Assembly: GCF_006345805.1 (NCBI RefSeq)
Contig: NC_042997.1
Span: forward strand, 104,222,001-104,286,000
Origin: Octopus sinensis
Lineage: Eukaryota
Reading direction: 5' to 3'
DNA length: 64,000 bases
In this document: one piece after another, positions 51,735 to 64,000 of the stretch
Layout: the number at the start of each line of letters is the position of its first letter
How positions within the stretch are numbered: position 1 is the stretch's first letter
Translations under genes and position numbers: made by a program
The notes under the pieces: model-generated
What the model saw: the letters and a program-made list of their open reading frames with translations, nothing else
Told to the model about the DNA's origin: nothing
Database searches by the model: none

Positions 51735-52344
51735 CAGTAATCCCTCGATTATCGCAGGTATTACGCTCCCCAACCCCCGTAATAAGTAAAAATCTGAAAA
51801 GTAGAAACAGTACTGTACTGTATACCTTATTTATTATGTTTATAATCTATATATATATAACTGATGTTGTCTGTGTCTGGCAGGTTTGATAGCCTTCAAC
51901 TAACATTATCTCCTACGAGACCATGCGGCGCAAGTTGACCAAAATTGAGAGTATGATCGAAGAAGGCTTGCTCTTCATTTCATAGGAGATAAAATTCAAA
52001 TCGGACAATGTTAACACTAAAAATTATTTACATCAAAAAGGTACTTTTTTTCTATGAAAATCTGTATTTTTTACGATATTTTGACTGCTGTGTCGCCATT
52101 TTTCATTGTATTTCAACCAGAAAAATGTTCTCTTAAAGAGAATAACAAGCTACATAATGCAAAATTTTTACTTTTCAAAAATTCCAATTCTAAAGGGTCG
52201 AAACAAACCCAAGCAACGCCGGGCGATACTGCTAGTTTATCATAAATGCAAAACAACACCACGGAGGAATCGACGTAAGCTTAAATAATAAACCGCGATA
52301 GGTGAACCGTGGTAAGTGAACCGCGATATGGCAAGTGATTACTG
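51735..52344. mobile_element. Tigger/pogo-type MITE interrupted by a Helitron
   Basis: TA|CAGTAATCCCTCGATTATCGC on the left and GCGATATGGCAAGTGATTACTG|TA on the right. Confidence 0.8.
51846..52235 (+). mobile_element. Non-autonomous Helitron (390 bp)
   Basis: A|TCTATATATATATAACTGA...CCCAAGCAACGCCGGGCGATACTGCTAG|T, with no TSD. Confidence 0.85.
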
Positions 52345-52829
52345 TATTATAAATAGAGGAGAGAAAGTGTGGCTGGGAGAAATAGAAGTTAAAGTGGAAG
52401 TTGCTTTGAGTGTTACATACGAGAGGTGTTAAGAGAAGGAAGTGAATCAGAGCAGTCAGAAAGAAGAGAGTTAATAGAAAATTGAACTGTTAGAATAAGT
52501 GATTGAAATTAAGATAAAGTATATAGGTGAAAGTAGTGGGGGTGGGGGGAAGAGAAACATACAGGTGGAGTAAAAGAGGGAACGAGTGAGAGAAAGTAAA
52601 AAATAAGAGGAAGCTATGTAAAGGGAAATAGTTTCAAAGCAAGTATTAGAAGGAGAGAAGTAATAGGACATGACATTTAGAGAGGGAAAGAAGGTGAGAG
52701 AGGCGGACAAAGATAAGGAGAGAAGTCTGAGAAGTGAATGAAACGAACTGGTAGATGAAATGGAAATATCAAACAGCATAGTATGGGAGATTTTAAGAGA
52801 AAACTATAGTTGATAATACGATGAAACAT

Positions 52830-53115
<286 letters not shown>

Positions 53116-53754
53116 GACAGACAGACCAACAACATTTCACTGATTAGTTTCGATCCTCAAGGCTTCTTTTTCAAATTCCGATAAACGTTGAATCTCTGCT
53201 AGATCAATAAACAAAGAACCAATAACGTCATTGCAATTATTTTGTTCGGTTCTATCTTTAAAGTAATTAGATTTGTATATAAGTAAAAATAGAAAAGCAG
53301 GAACTGTAAAATGGAGCTGAGAAAGAACAAAAATAAAAGAAGTAATTATTAGAACATCTTGCCGGCAAAGTAGGGTTTGATAATAGGGTCAAAGATGTTG
53401 ACAAAGTCCCAGATGTTCAAGAAAGTTTATTTTATATACATTTATTTGTAAGAAACCCCGGAGTTAAGTAAAACAAAATGAATCTTAAATCAAACAATGA
53501 ACTAAGAGCAGTTGAAAACAAAACAATACCAAACGAGGATTTAGTGCAGATCTTGCGACCGTGTTTTTTGGTTTACCAGTGGTAGAAAAAAAAAAGGGTA
53601 ATAGGTTAAGCTATAAATGAGGCCAGAGAAATGTGAAAGGTTGACGGCTGATTCTGGTTCGAAGAACTGAAGAAAACATTAAGATTCTAAATTCACGTCA
53701 CTAGTAAATCGTAGAATTTGATCTATAGGCCCCGGTTTTACTGTATGGTTTAAA

Positions 53755-54125
53755 AAATCTCACTTTGGAAGCAGGGGCTTAGTTCCACTGCGTAGCATAT
53801 CGGTCAGATGTCATCTACTATAGCCGTGGACCAATCAATGTGATGTGAGTGAATTTGGTAACTGTGCAGAAGACCGTCGTATATGTGTGTGTCTGTGTGT
53901 CTGTGTGTCTGTGCGCCTGTGTGTCTGTGCGTCTGTGCGTCTCTGTGCGTTTGTGTATGTGTTTGTCAGACCACAGCTTGACAAACGGTATTGCTTTGTT
54001 TACTTCCTCGAAACTTAGCGGCTCGGCAAAAGAGACGTTATAATGAGTACCAAATTTTAAACAAAAACATAAGTATTTGAGTTCATTTGTTTGATTAAAA
54101 GGCGATGCTGCATAATGGTTGAGTA
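53755..54125 (+). mobile_element. SINE family A, diverged
   Basis: TTCCACTGCGTAGCA...TCTACTATAGCC...AACTTAGCGGCTCGGCAAAAGAGAC. Confidence 0.7.
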
Positions 54126-54337
54126 AATTCATTATACAGTAATCCTGAAATGAAAGTGAACTGGCTGGCTTATGCAGCTTTTCGATGAGTTAAAGTTACT
54201 TTTGCTATATATCATACATTCCTGTATTGTAAATTGTGATGGGAGTTTGACTTAAATGAAATAGTTTATTATGGGACGAATGTTATTGCCAGATATTGTA
54301 TACAAAATAACATACTGTTAGAAAGTAACAGACATAC

Positions 54338-54466
54338 TCTTTTACTCTTTTACTTGTTTCAGTCATTTGACTATGGCCGAACCGCTAAGTTACGGGGGCG
54401 TAAACACACCAGCATCGAATGTAAAGCGATTAGGGGGACAAACACAGTCACGCAAACATACACTCT

Positions 54467-54542
<76 letters not shown>

Positions 54543-54714
54543 CATATATACGACGGGCTTCTTTCAGTTTCCCTCTACCTAATCCACTCACAAGGCTTTG
54601 GTCGGCCCGAGGCTATAGTAAAAGACACTTGCCCAAGGTGCCACGCAGTGGGACTGAACCCAGAATCATGTGGTTGGTAAGCAAGCTACATACCACACAG
54701 CCACTCCTACGCCT
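54338..54714 (-). mobile_element. SINE family A with an internal deletion at a GCC microhomology
   Basis: Intact head (CCACACAGCCACTCCTACGCC as reverse complement) and junction GACTATGGCC-GAACCGCTAAG. Confidence 0.88.
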
Positions 54715-55386
54715 ACATGCTCATTTTCTTGACTGTTTTATATTAATTTTTATTAGGCGACATATACAAATGTTTAAATTGCAATGAAATATCTAACGAA
54801 AAATAAAGTTCAGTTCTATAGTTTTCAACATGTAAACCTAAATTACATTTTGTTTTGTAGTATGTATTTATGAAGAATATGAACGATCGAGTGGTTAGAG
54901 ATGCATATTACTTGAAAACGAATAGACAGATCGGATGTTCGGATGTTCGAATCGCAAAATTGATCTCCATATGTGGCCCTAAACATTTAATTTCCAAACG
55001 TTTCTGTTCATGTAACAAATAATGTTACCATAGAATTGTGGTAAGCTGATTTTCAAGTCAGATTCAGTTCTGTTACTATTAGTTTAAGCCCTCTAACCGA
55101 GCGATCTCTTTTATCAACGCGATTTCATTCATGACCATCCCGTCTCATTTATGGTTTTCAGAAATACACTATCGAATGAAACATTTTATTATACAAGATG
55201 GCCACGGTATTTCAGTATTTGTGCGTGTATGTGCGCATATGCGTCTGCGTGAGTGCGCGCGCGCGTGTAATGCATACCTACGGTGGCTAATGTACAATTG
55301 ACTAAAATATTTTTTAATTGGCATATCATGCAAATTAGACATGTTACAATTCTAATAACACTTATTCCTGCTTTTCTTCATTGCAG

Positions 55387-55507
55387 GCAAAGAACGAGTT
55401 CTCTTGCAAAAGAAGCATATCATTATAGAGTTGTGGACAAAGGCGGGTTGCTAGAGTCATGTCCACCAACGTATGAATATATTCAAAGAACAGGAACACA
55501 AAAATAA
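55387..55507 (+). CDS. Candidate coding exon RQRTSSLAKEAYHYRVVDKGGLLESCPPT(YEYIQRTGTQK*), unknown protein
   Basis: Strong acceptor CCTGCTTTTCTTCATTGCAG and only one open frame. A possible donor AC|GTATGA at 55470 gives an 84-nt phase 2/2 exon. Confidence 0.45.
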
Positions 55508-56029
55508 GGCTAAACCACTCAACGGAAGACCGTCCACTACAAACACTCAAACAAACCACGCGAATGGTCGGGCGAATTGATGTGTTGATAGATTCAAAAT
55601 TTGGGTTCAGCGATGACACAAATGAAGACTATAGTGAATAACACTTCATGTTACACATCCACCCAGTGAAATATGAAATACATATGTCTGTTGGTGAAAA
55701 TGATATGCCTATTTTTGGATTACTTTCTGCTCAAACCTTTATAATGTATGTCTAAATGTATGCATATATACATTCTTGACTTCTCAAGATACAGAATTTG
55801 TGAAATTTGAAAGATTGCTTTCGTTAAATAATAGAACTGTCATGTTTGCAGAAAATGTGGGGTTCGAGTCTCAATAGCTGCCTTTTTCTATCTAAAGGAC
55901 AGTATTATTTATAACTTTATCTGCTGCGAGTTTCAATGTTCTAAAAAGAATTATACGCTCATACATACATAAAAGCATATGTATATGTATATATATATAT
56001 ATATATGTCTGTATGTTGTTTGTGTGTGC

Positions 56030-56068
<39 letters not shown>

Positions 56069-56114
56069 TATATAAACACACACATACATACATACATATA
56101 CACACACACACACA

Positions 56115-56593
56115 CAAATATTAAATGAAATACAGAAAATACAATTGACAAACTAAAAATTTTTTTTACATTAGAATATAATATAATGTAATATAAAAAG
56201 ATATAATATAAATCTAACAACAAATTTTTAAAAACCTTATATAAAGCCAACAGTTTGTTTCCACTCATTTACGTTGATGGATTTATAAAAAGTTCCCATC
56301 TATGTATAAAAGCCTCTTCAGGGCCTCGGTTAAAAAAAAAAAACAGACAAAATTTCATGTAAGGAATATATATTTTTTTTTTAGCCAAGACTCTGAAGAG
56401 GCTAATATGTATTGATGGGAATGTTCTTATAAATTCACTAATGTATATGAGACTTAACAAATTGGTGGCTTTATATGTGGTTTTTAAAAATGTTTATGTT
56501 ATATTATAAAATATATTTTTATAGTATATTATATTATAATGTAAATAAACTTTTAGTTTGTCAATTGTATTTCTCTATTTCATTTAATATTTG
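56115..56593. mobile_element. AT-rich fold-back MITE-like element (about 228-bp arms, 29-bp spacer)
   Basis: 56115-56343 aligns with the reverse complement of 56373-56593. Termini CAAATATTAAATG and CATTTAATATTTG|TA. Confidence 0.85.
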
Positions 56594-56709
56594 TATACTG
56601 TAATTATACCCTTTTATCTGTGGTAACCAACGGTTGTACCAGTGAGAATTGGATGTTTACACCCCTTTAAAGGAATTGTTTTTCCTTCGTTTGATTTACA
56701 TATATATAT

Positions 56710-56775
<66 letters not shown>

Positions 56776-57199
56776 AATATATGTATAAAGCTGTGCTGTT
56801 TCTGTTTTTGCAGTTGTTGATGTTGCTGTTTTTGTTATTTTTGCTTTCGCTGGTTCGTTGGTGTTGTTGCTGCCATTGTTGTTATTGTTTCTGTTATCGG
56901 TGCTGCCGATGTGTGAATTGAGATAAGACAAACTACTATTATTCACTTTCATAGTCATTTCCCCACTAAAATTTCATACACTGCGATGGCTGTCATCTTG
57001 ATTTTAAACATTAAAATAAATGAGATGGTAACACTTTTGTTGTAAGACAGGCGCTCTTTAGAGCTGTTGCTTATTGTGTAGTTCTTTACATATTGAAGTA
57101 GGGGTCCTCATTTAACCAAAAAACAAATAATAACAAAAACAACAACAACAACAACAATGATAATAATAATAATAATAATAATAATAATATAATAATAAT

Positions 57200-57770
57200 A
57201 ATAAAGGCCTTGATGCAGTAATGGGCGGTGGCTCTCCTGGCTTCTGATCGTAACTGATTGGAAAGTGTTATGATATGCATTGTTTTGTCTTGGTATAAAA
57301 GATGGGCTACAACAAATATTCTACCCAGTACCACAAATTTGCTTCTAAGTTGTTTGACCGTAACCAGTTGAACATGTCCCTCAGTGACTGATATGTGCAT
57401 GTCTGATAACAAGCAGAAGTAGTAGGGGGGGAGGCATCATAGCCATGTGTTACGAGGAATTCTTTTGGGTTTGAATAATTCACCTCTGGAAACATAGGTA
57501 TTTTATTCATCATCCTTAAACAAACCATTATCCAGGGACCTTTTGAGCGGGATGGGCTAGTCGATCTGAAAAAATTGTAACTGGGCCTCCACCTGCAAGG
57601 TTATCCGCGTTTATCTTGATATGAGATCACCATGTCGTGCACATATGGATGTGATGCATATGCCTGGTGTACCCTTATCAGACGGATAGTCATGATGGGC
57701 ATACTGGGCTTCGTATATTTGTACCCCAGTATTACTTTAATGGCATGCGCTGCTCTCTCACTCAATATTG
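57200..57770. repeat. Interspersed repeat family D (about 570 bp, flanked by AAT-type repeats)
   Basis: Second partial copy at 21050-21230. No obvious tRNA head or TIR. Confidence 0.7.
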
Positions 57771-57774
57771 ATAA

Positions 57775-57975
57775 TGATCCTTTGTGCTACAGACACACTC
57801 ACTGAAAACGGGAATAGTCGATTATAACGACCTGCTCCCAGTGCTGAAATGGTACTGAATCCATCGAATCCGAAAGGATGAAAGGCAAAGTCAACTTCCG
57901 CAGAATTTGAACTCTGAATGCATTGATTGACGAAATGATACTCAGTTCTGTGTGCTAACGATTCTTGACAGCCAC
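57775..57975 (-). mobile_element. SINE family B
   Basis: CGAAAGGATGAAAGGCAAAGTCAACTTCCGCAGAATTTGAACTC. Confidence 0.8.
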
Positions 57976-58076
57976 AAAATGTAAAGCAGCATTAATATTT
58001 TTTAAAAAATGTAATCGCAATATTCACAGTGAAAGGAAGACCGAAAGAGATGACGCTGATGAAGAGACAACGACAA

Positions 58077-58107
58077 TAATGATGATGATGATGATGATTA
58101 TGATGCA

Positions 58108-58143
<36 letters not shown>

Positions 58144-58159
58144 AATGATGATGATGAAA

Positions 58160-58226
<67 letters not shown>

Positions 58227-58272
58227 GGATAATGATGATGACGACAATGATCTGGTCATGATGATGATGATA
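58077..58272. repeat. (GAT)n microsatellite
   Basis: Direct reading. Confidence 0.95.
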
Positions 58273-58461
58273 TTGAAGCGTAACAAGAATGAGAAAGTGT
58301 AATAATAGTAATAATACATCTTTCCTTGCTAGTTGTTCTATCATTTTTCCCTATTCTCTGTGTGTCTAATTGACAGACTAATTTGGAAGAAGAAAGCATA
58401 GGAGGGGGAAGGGAAGCAGGAGAAGCATAAGATAATTGTTGTAAAGTCTTCCTTACATTAT

Positions 58462-58496
<35 letters not shown>

Positions 58497-59128
58497 AATG
58501 TATGCATGTATGTATGTATGTATATATGTATGTATTTGCTCGTTGCAGACCACCCAGTTAATTGGTGGCATTGAAGTAAAATAGTAACGTCGCCTTCACT
58601 TATTAACCTGCATCATTGACATTATGCTTTTCCTTCTTTGACAGGATAACTTCATCCGGATATTCTTCCGTCTTTTTAAAAAGCTACCATTTCAGTTTTC
58701 ATGATGTGTCTACCACGTCTACCTTCCCATTACCGTCAAACATCAGTTAGAAAACAGAGGCATCAGTTAAAACAACAGAGGCACGGTAACGTATCACACC
58801 ACGCCGACATTTTTTTCAAAATAATCACACTAATCGATTATTCAGTTTTTGTTATATTTCCCTCTCTCTTTTATATATCTATTTTTCATTCAGATATTCG
58901 TTTTCTTACTTTATTTTCTTCCTTTTTTTATTTTATCTTTCTTTTCCTATCTCCATCATCATACAAGCATCTCATATTAGACTTGACATAAATACGCAAG
59001 CTAATTCCATAGGCCAAACTCTAAACGGCTCCAAGAATCTTTCTCAGAAGTAGCTTCCATACAAGTTTGCTTGATTGTTTTGTCATGTTTTTCGTGGTTC
59101 AAATTGATGGTAGTGTTGTTGCTGATGT

Positions 59129-59175
<47 letters not shown>

Positions 59176-59460
59176 TTGCTGCTGTTTCTGTTTTTGTTGT
59201 TTGTGTTTATGTTGGTGTTGCTTTTTGTTGTCTAAAGATTTTAAGTTCTTAGAATTTATTTATACACGTGCATGTACCCATGTATGTGAATGCGTATATA
59301 CACATATGGATTCGTATAAAGATATACAAATACACACACGTAAACACGCATGAATACACACACACATATCCATTCATTGAATGAACAGAATGAACAGACA
59401 TTTATATACGCATGTATGTATAAGTGTATATATATATGTGTGTGTATACACGCACACACA

Positions 59461-59539
<79 letters not shown>

Positions 59540-59541
59540 AT

Positions 59542-59604
<63 letters not shown>

Positions 59605-59645
59605 GAGAGAAGAGAGAGAGAGCTAGATAGATAGATAGGTAGTAG

Positions 59646-59723
<78 letters not shown>

Positions 59724-59757
59724 TGCATGTGTGTGTGTGTATCTATATATATACACA

Positions 59758-61162
59758 TTTAGGGCTGGTTCGACAGTTTCAAGAAGAGGACTGGTGTTCA
59801 TAGCGTCGTCAGTTATGGAGAAACAAAAAGTTCTGACACAAAGTCAGCTGAGGATTTAGTGCGTGGATTCCGTCAGCTCATAGCAGCTGAGGGGTATGTC
59901 ACACAACAGGCATTCAACTATGATGAAATTGGCCTTTTGCGGGGAAAAATTGCCCAGAAGAACCTACATGACTGCAGAGGAGAAGAAATTGCCAGACCAC
60001 AAGCCTATGAAAGATAATTCTCGCTCTTTGTGCTAATACGAGTGGGGTCTTGAAGATTAAGCTACTCCCTGTCTATCATTCCGAAAACCCACGAGCGTTC
60101 AAGTCACACAAAATTTTGAAGGAGAAGCTGCAGTTAATGTGGAAAGCAAACGATAAAGCTTGGGCCACAGGCAGCTCTTCACCGAGTGGGTCAACCTTAT
60201 CTTCTGACCAGTAGTGAAAAAGTAAATTCTGGAGAAGGATCTTCCTCTCAAGGTCCCTCTCATCCTCGGCGATGCTCCTACTCACGCCCCTAACTTGGAT
60301 GAATTTTAATTTATAAAAGTTCTATACCTTTCACGCAGCATTACCTCTGTCTTGCAGCCCTTGGACCAACAAGTGATTTCTAATTTTAAGAAATTGTACA
60401 TCAAACACCTGTTTTGTCGGTGCTTTTAAGTCACCGAAAATACAAATCGTGAATTTTGGAAGGAGCACTAAAACAGTTTTTTGTTTCGCCCTTATCAAGC
60501 CTAGCCAGGCTCTTGGGCCCGGTTTCCCGGTGTCTGTGGCGCATGTGTTCCCCCCAGCTTGACGCAGCGTTACTCAAGAAACAGAAAGAGAGAGTGAGAG
60601 AAAGCTGTGGCGAAAGAGTACAACGGGTGTCGGTACCACCCCCTGCCAGAGCATCGTGGAGATTTTAGGTGTTTTCGTTCAATAAACACACACAACGCTC
60701 GGTCTGGGAATCGAAACCGCGATCCTCCGACTACGAGTCCGTGCCCTAACCACTGGGCCATTGTGCCTTCACACTAAAAGTGTTAACTGTATGAAAATCA
60801 TCAATATGGCCTGGCAGGATATAACGAGGAGAAAACTGAATTCTGCGTGGTGAAAACTGTGGTCTTACTGCGTATCCGACAACAGATGAACTCCTGCAGC
60901 TTCAAGAGCAGCAGCATTCGGATGTGGTGGAAGAGATTGGTTCTTCGGAGGAGGACATTGTAGTAAAAAAGGCTATCTCTAGGAGGACAGTGTAGCAGAA
61001 AAGGCTATCTCTACAAGATGACGGAAAGAGTTATATATATAAGGATTAATTATATTTTGATTAATTTCAATTGCAATGGCAAAAATTGATTTGTTGAACG
61101 AGTAAATTGTAAAACGAGCACGGTCATGGAATGAATTAAACTCGTACTGCGTGGTATCACTG
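59758..61162 (+). pseudogene. Tigger/pogo (TIGD1-like) DDE transposase remnant with right TIR, 5-prime truncated
   Basis: GWFDSFKKRTG, FNYDEIGL, PRRTYMTAEEKKLPDHKPMKD, VYHSENPRAFK, LGDAPTH, LQPLDQQVISNFKKLY. Right end CTCGTACTGCGTGGTATCACTG|TA. Confidence 0.92.
60474..60771 (-). mobile_element. SINE family F inserted in the Tigger element
   Basis: Minus strand TGGCCCAGTGGTT (A box) and GTTTCGATTCC (B box). TSD CACTAAAA at 60466-60473 and 60772-60779. Confidence 0.85.
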
Positions 61163-61169
61163 TATATAT

Positions 61170-61246
<77 letters not shown>

Positions 61247-63067
61247 GTACAATTCGTGTCGTAATAACATGCTTTTGTTTCTTAATTGCAATGCAGATCC
61301 TCATATACGGTCACAATCAATCGCAACATCCAGTACATATCATGATTAGCCAAAGATTACCAAAGCACTGGGGTTCGGTTTCTCATCGTTTATGGTTATT
61401 CGCTGTTCTCTCCCGCTTTACCTATGAAATACTTGCTAGTATTGATTTTACTGATGTGAGAACGTGATTCACCTTATAATATTTTCATCCTAATATCTCT
61501 CTATCATAATAAAAGGAGAAGTTTTAGTTTTTGTATATGTCTCAGAAAAGAACAAAAGGGGAAAATTGTGCAAAACCACACAAAATTTCTTTGGAGAATG
61601 ATTTAATCAAAGATGGAGTAAACAAAAATATCATAGCTGCGTTTTTAAAAGGAATTAGTAGTGCTCTTTCTAGCAACCTTTGAAACGGCCATTGGAAGCG
61701 GCTCTGCATGAAAGTGTGCGCGATTTTTCCCAATTGAAATGGTTAATTGCTATGATACCGTCTATTGCACTTTCAAGAATAGAGATGAGCTAAAATGTAG
61801 GCGCAAATAGTTGGACATGCCTCTGTTAATATAATTGTGTCCCAGTATATGATGCGGGGAAATACAAAGATAGGAATAAAGGGCATTTAAAACGATATGG
61901 ATTCATGGTTGGTCCTTATTTCTCCACTATACCATGACTAGTAATGCTGACAAGACATCAAATGTGGATAAATATCAGGATTATGTTGGATCTGTGCTCA
62001 TTTTAGGGTGCCGATACAATGTGTATAAGACTGATGCTGCAAGACAAAAGGCCCATTTCCAGCACCTGCTATAGTAGCAAACACTTCGCCAGAACCGCCA
62101 GGAAGAAGGCCTCGAAGAAACGATAAGAAACGGAAACGAAGCGGAAACTAAGTAACAACGAAAATATCTGTTAACAGCAGGTGCCAGTAACACCACTTCA
62201 ATATTTTTGACAAGGGTTAATGTTTGAAGAAGAAAACAAAGTATCAGGGAATAATTAAGGTAAAACATGAAGGAGTAACAAGGAGAAAAGTCACCAGCTT
62301 CAGGAAACAAAAGCAAATGAGGAGCGACACTCTCCTCAAATCATAATTCGGGCCTCTTCTCTGAGTAACGCTCTGAGTAACGATAAAGACGATGACAAGG
62401 AAGACTATGAAATGAAACCCATCATCCTTCAAAGATCAAACCAACCGATAATTAATAAATTCTCTTATCTGTAGTGCCAATGAAACACCGGTGATTTAAT
62501 AATGAACTCACGCTGGGATATAGGAGACCAATTTGGGTTGAAACGTTACAAGGATTTTACAACCAACTAAAACCGAATTACCCTAGAAACCTGGGTAGCT
62601 ACCTACTCTAAATAACTGAAAAACGCTAACGGGAATTTTTGCAACAGCAACTAAATGAGCAATGGGAGAGTGCATACAATCGACCTAATCAATAGTTTCG
62701 CATCTTATTTCGTTGGAAATTCAAAATGTTTTGCATGTTTTATTTCCGCTTTAGCTTTCTGTGCCTAAATTAATGAGTGTTTTCTGTATATTTTTCATTA
62801 ACTTTTATAAGATTGTTAGTTATATAAAATTTTACTTGTTTCCCATTTTGATTATGTAACGTTTTATAGCTCTGGATATTTCAGACCAACCCAATACAAG
62901 TTTGCAAGACTTCCGTTCTAGTAATACAGTCAAGCTTATTATTATTACTATTGTTACTATTACTGTTATTGCCATTAGTAATATATATTGACTTCACTTA
63001 CATCTATTGTTGCAATACTTTGACAAATAAATGCTTTATACGTAATACACACTAAAATACATACACT

Positions 63068-63205
63068 CCCTCTGTTCGGCAACGGAATGCGTTGGAATAT
63101 GTAACTGACTTTGAAAGTAAGTACTGGGTCTGATTCGTTCGTCTCAAAGCCTTCAAAGTGGTACCCTATCATTGTTCTAGCCCATGTCTGAAATAGATAA
63201 AAAAT
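63068..63205 (+). mobile_element. SINE family A-like 3-prime fragment, diverged
   Basis: GTTCGGCAAC...AAGTACTGGGTCTGATTCGTTCG...CTGAAATAGATAAAA. Confidence 0.5.
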
Positions 63206-63354
63206 GAAAAATATGTGTGTATGTATGTTTCTATCCATCTACATCACACACACACACACATCATACATACATACATACATACATACATACATACATAATA
63301 CATATATATATATATATATAGATATATATATATTATATATATATATATAAATAC

Positions 63355-63386
<32 letters not shown>

Positions 63387-63809
63387 CATATACATATATA
63401 ACATATATATATATATATATATAGATATATATATATATATATATATAATATATATATATATATCCGTTTAACAGGCTAAATTTTGTATGTTTAGTTTACA
63501 TTCAACGCAGTTGCCGTATCTGTTTCTTTTCTTCCCATATATCTTCTTAAGTCCCTTATTATTATTCAAGTCTTTGCCACTTATTTTTTAAATCACTCAT
63601 TCAGCGCTGTCTTCCATATTTTAATCTGTTTATTTTATAATTACTTCTCTCAGTCTTATTCTTTCTTTCAATCTTTGTTTTTCTCGTTGATTATTTGTCA
63701 CTCTTTGTCTTTTGTTCGTTCTTATATCTTACATCGTATTTCTCATTTCTTTTCTGTTTGCCTTTCCTCTTATCCTCTAACGTAATACACACTCGTATAC
63801 ATATATATG

Positions 63810-63855
<46 letters not shown>

Positions 63856-63886
63856 ATTATATATATAAAATATATATATATATATA

Positions 63887-63940
<54 letters not shown>

Positions 63941-63960
63941 TATAATATATATATTATATG

Positions 63961-64000
63961 TAGACACTTACCCAAGGTGCTACGCAGTGGGACTGAACCC
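63961..64000 (-). mobile_element. SINE family A fragment running off the window edge
   Basis: AGACACTTACCCAAGGTGCTACGCAGTGGGACTGAACCC. Confidence 0.8.

Noticed and set aside
57965-58344. Poly-Met, poly-Ile and poly-Ser ORFs
   Set aside because: These are frames of a (GAT)n array with no supporting splice or homology evidence.

Overview
Eukaryotic, AT-rich, microsatellite-saturated DNA. It is most likely an octopus (Octopus sp.) intron or intergenic region, inferred from the SINE families, which I recognise from memory, and from the repeat density. I recognise no intact host gene, and almost all ORFs in the supplied track are microsatellite artefacts. Retroelements: about 30 tRNA-type SINE copies or fragments from at least 5 families, a near full-length decayed L1/Tx1-type LINE (28197-33688) inserted with a TSD into the tRNA-derived head of a SINE, and a Penelope-like RT remnant. 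DNA elements: a decayed Tigger/pogo transposase, mariner derivatives, Tc1- and Tigger-type MITEs, and two complete non-autonomous Helitrons. Unexplained structure: four long fold-back regions, one enclosing telomeric TTAGGG repeats and one made of two mariner 5-prime ends, plus several type I hammerhead-ribozyme-like motifs with palindromic stem III. A few candidate host exons are supported only by splice signals and short ORFs. SINE and repeat boundaries are approximate; TIR, TSD and motif coordinates were counted by hand.
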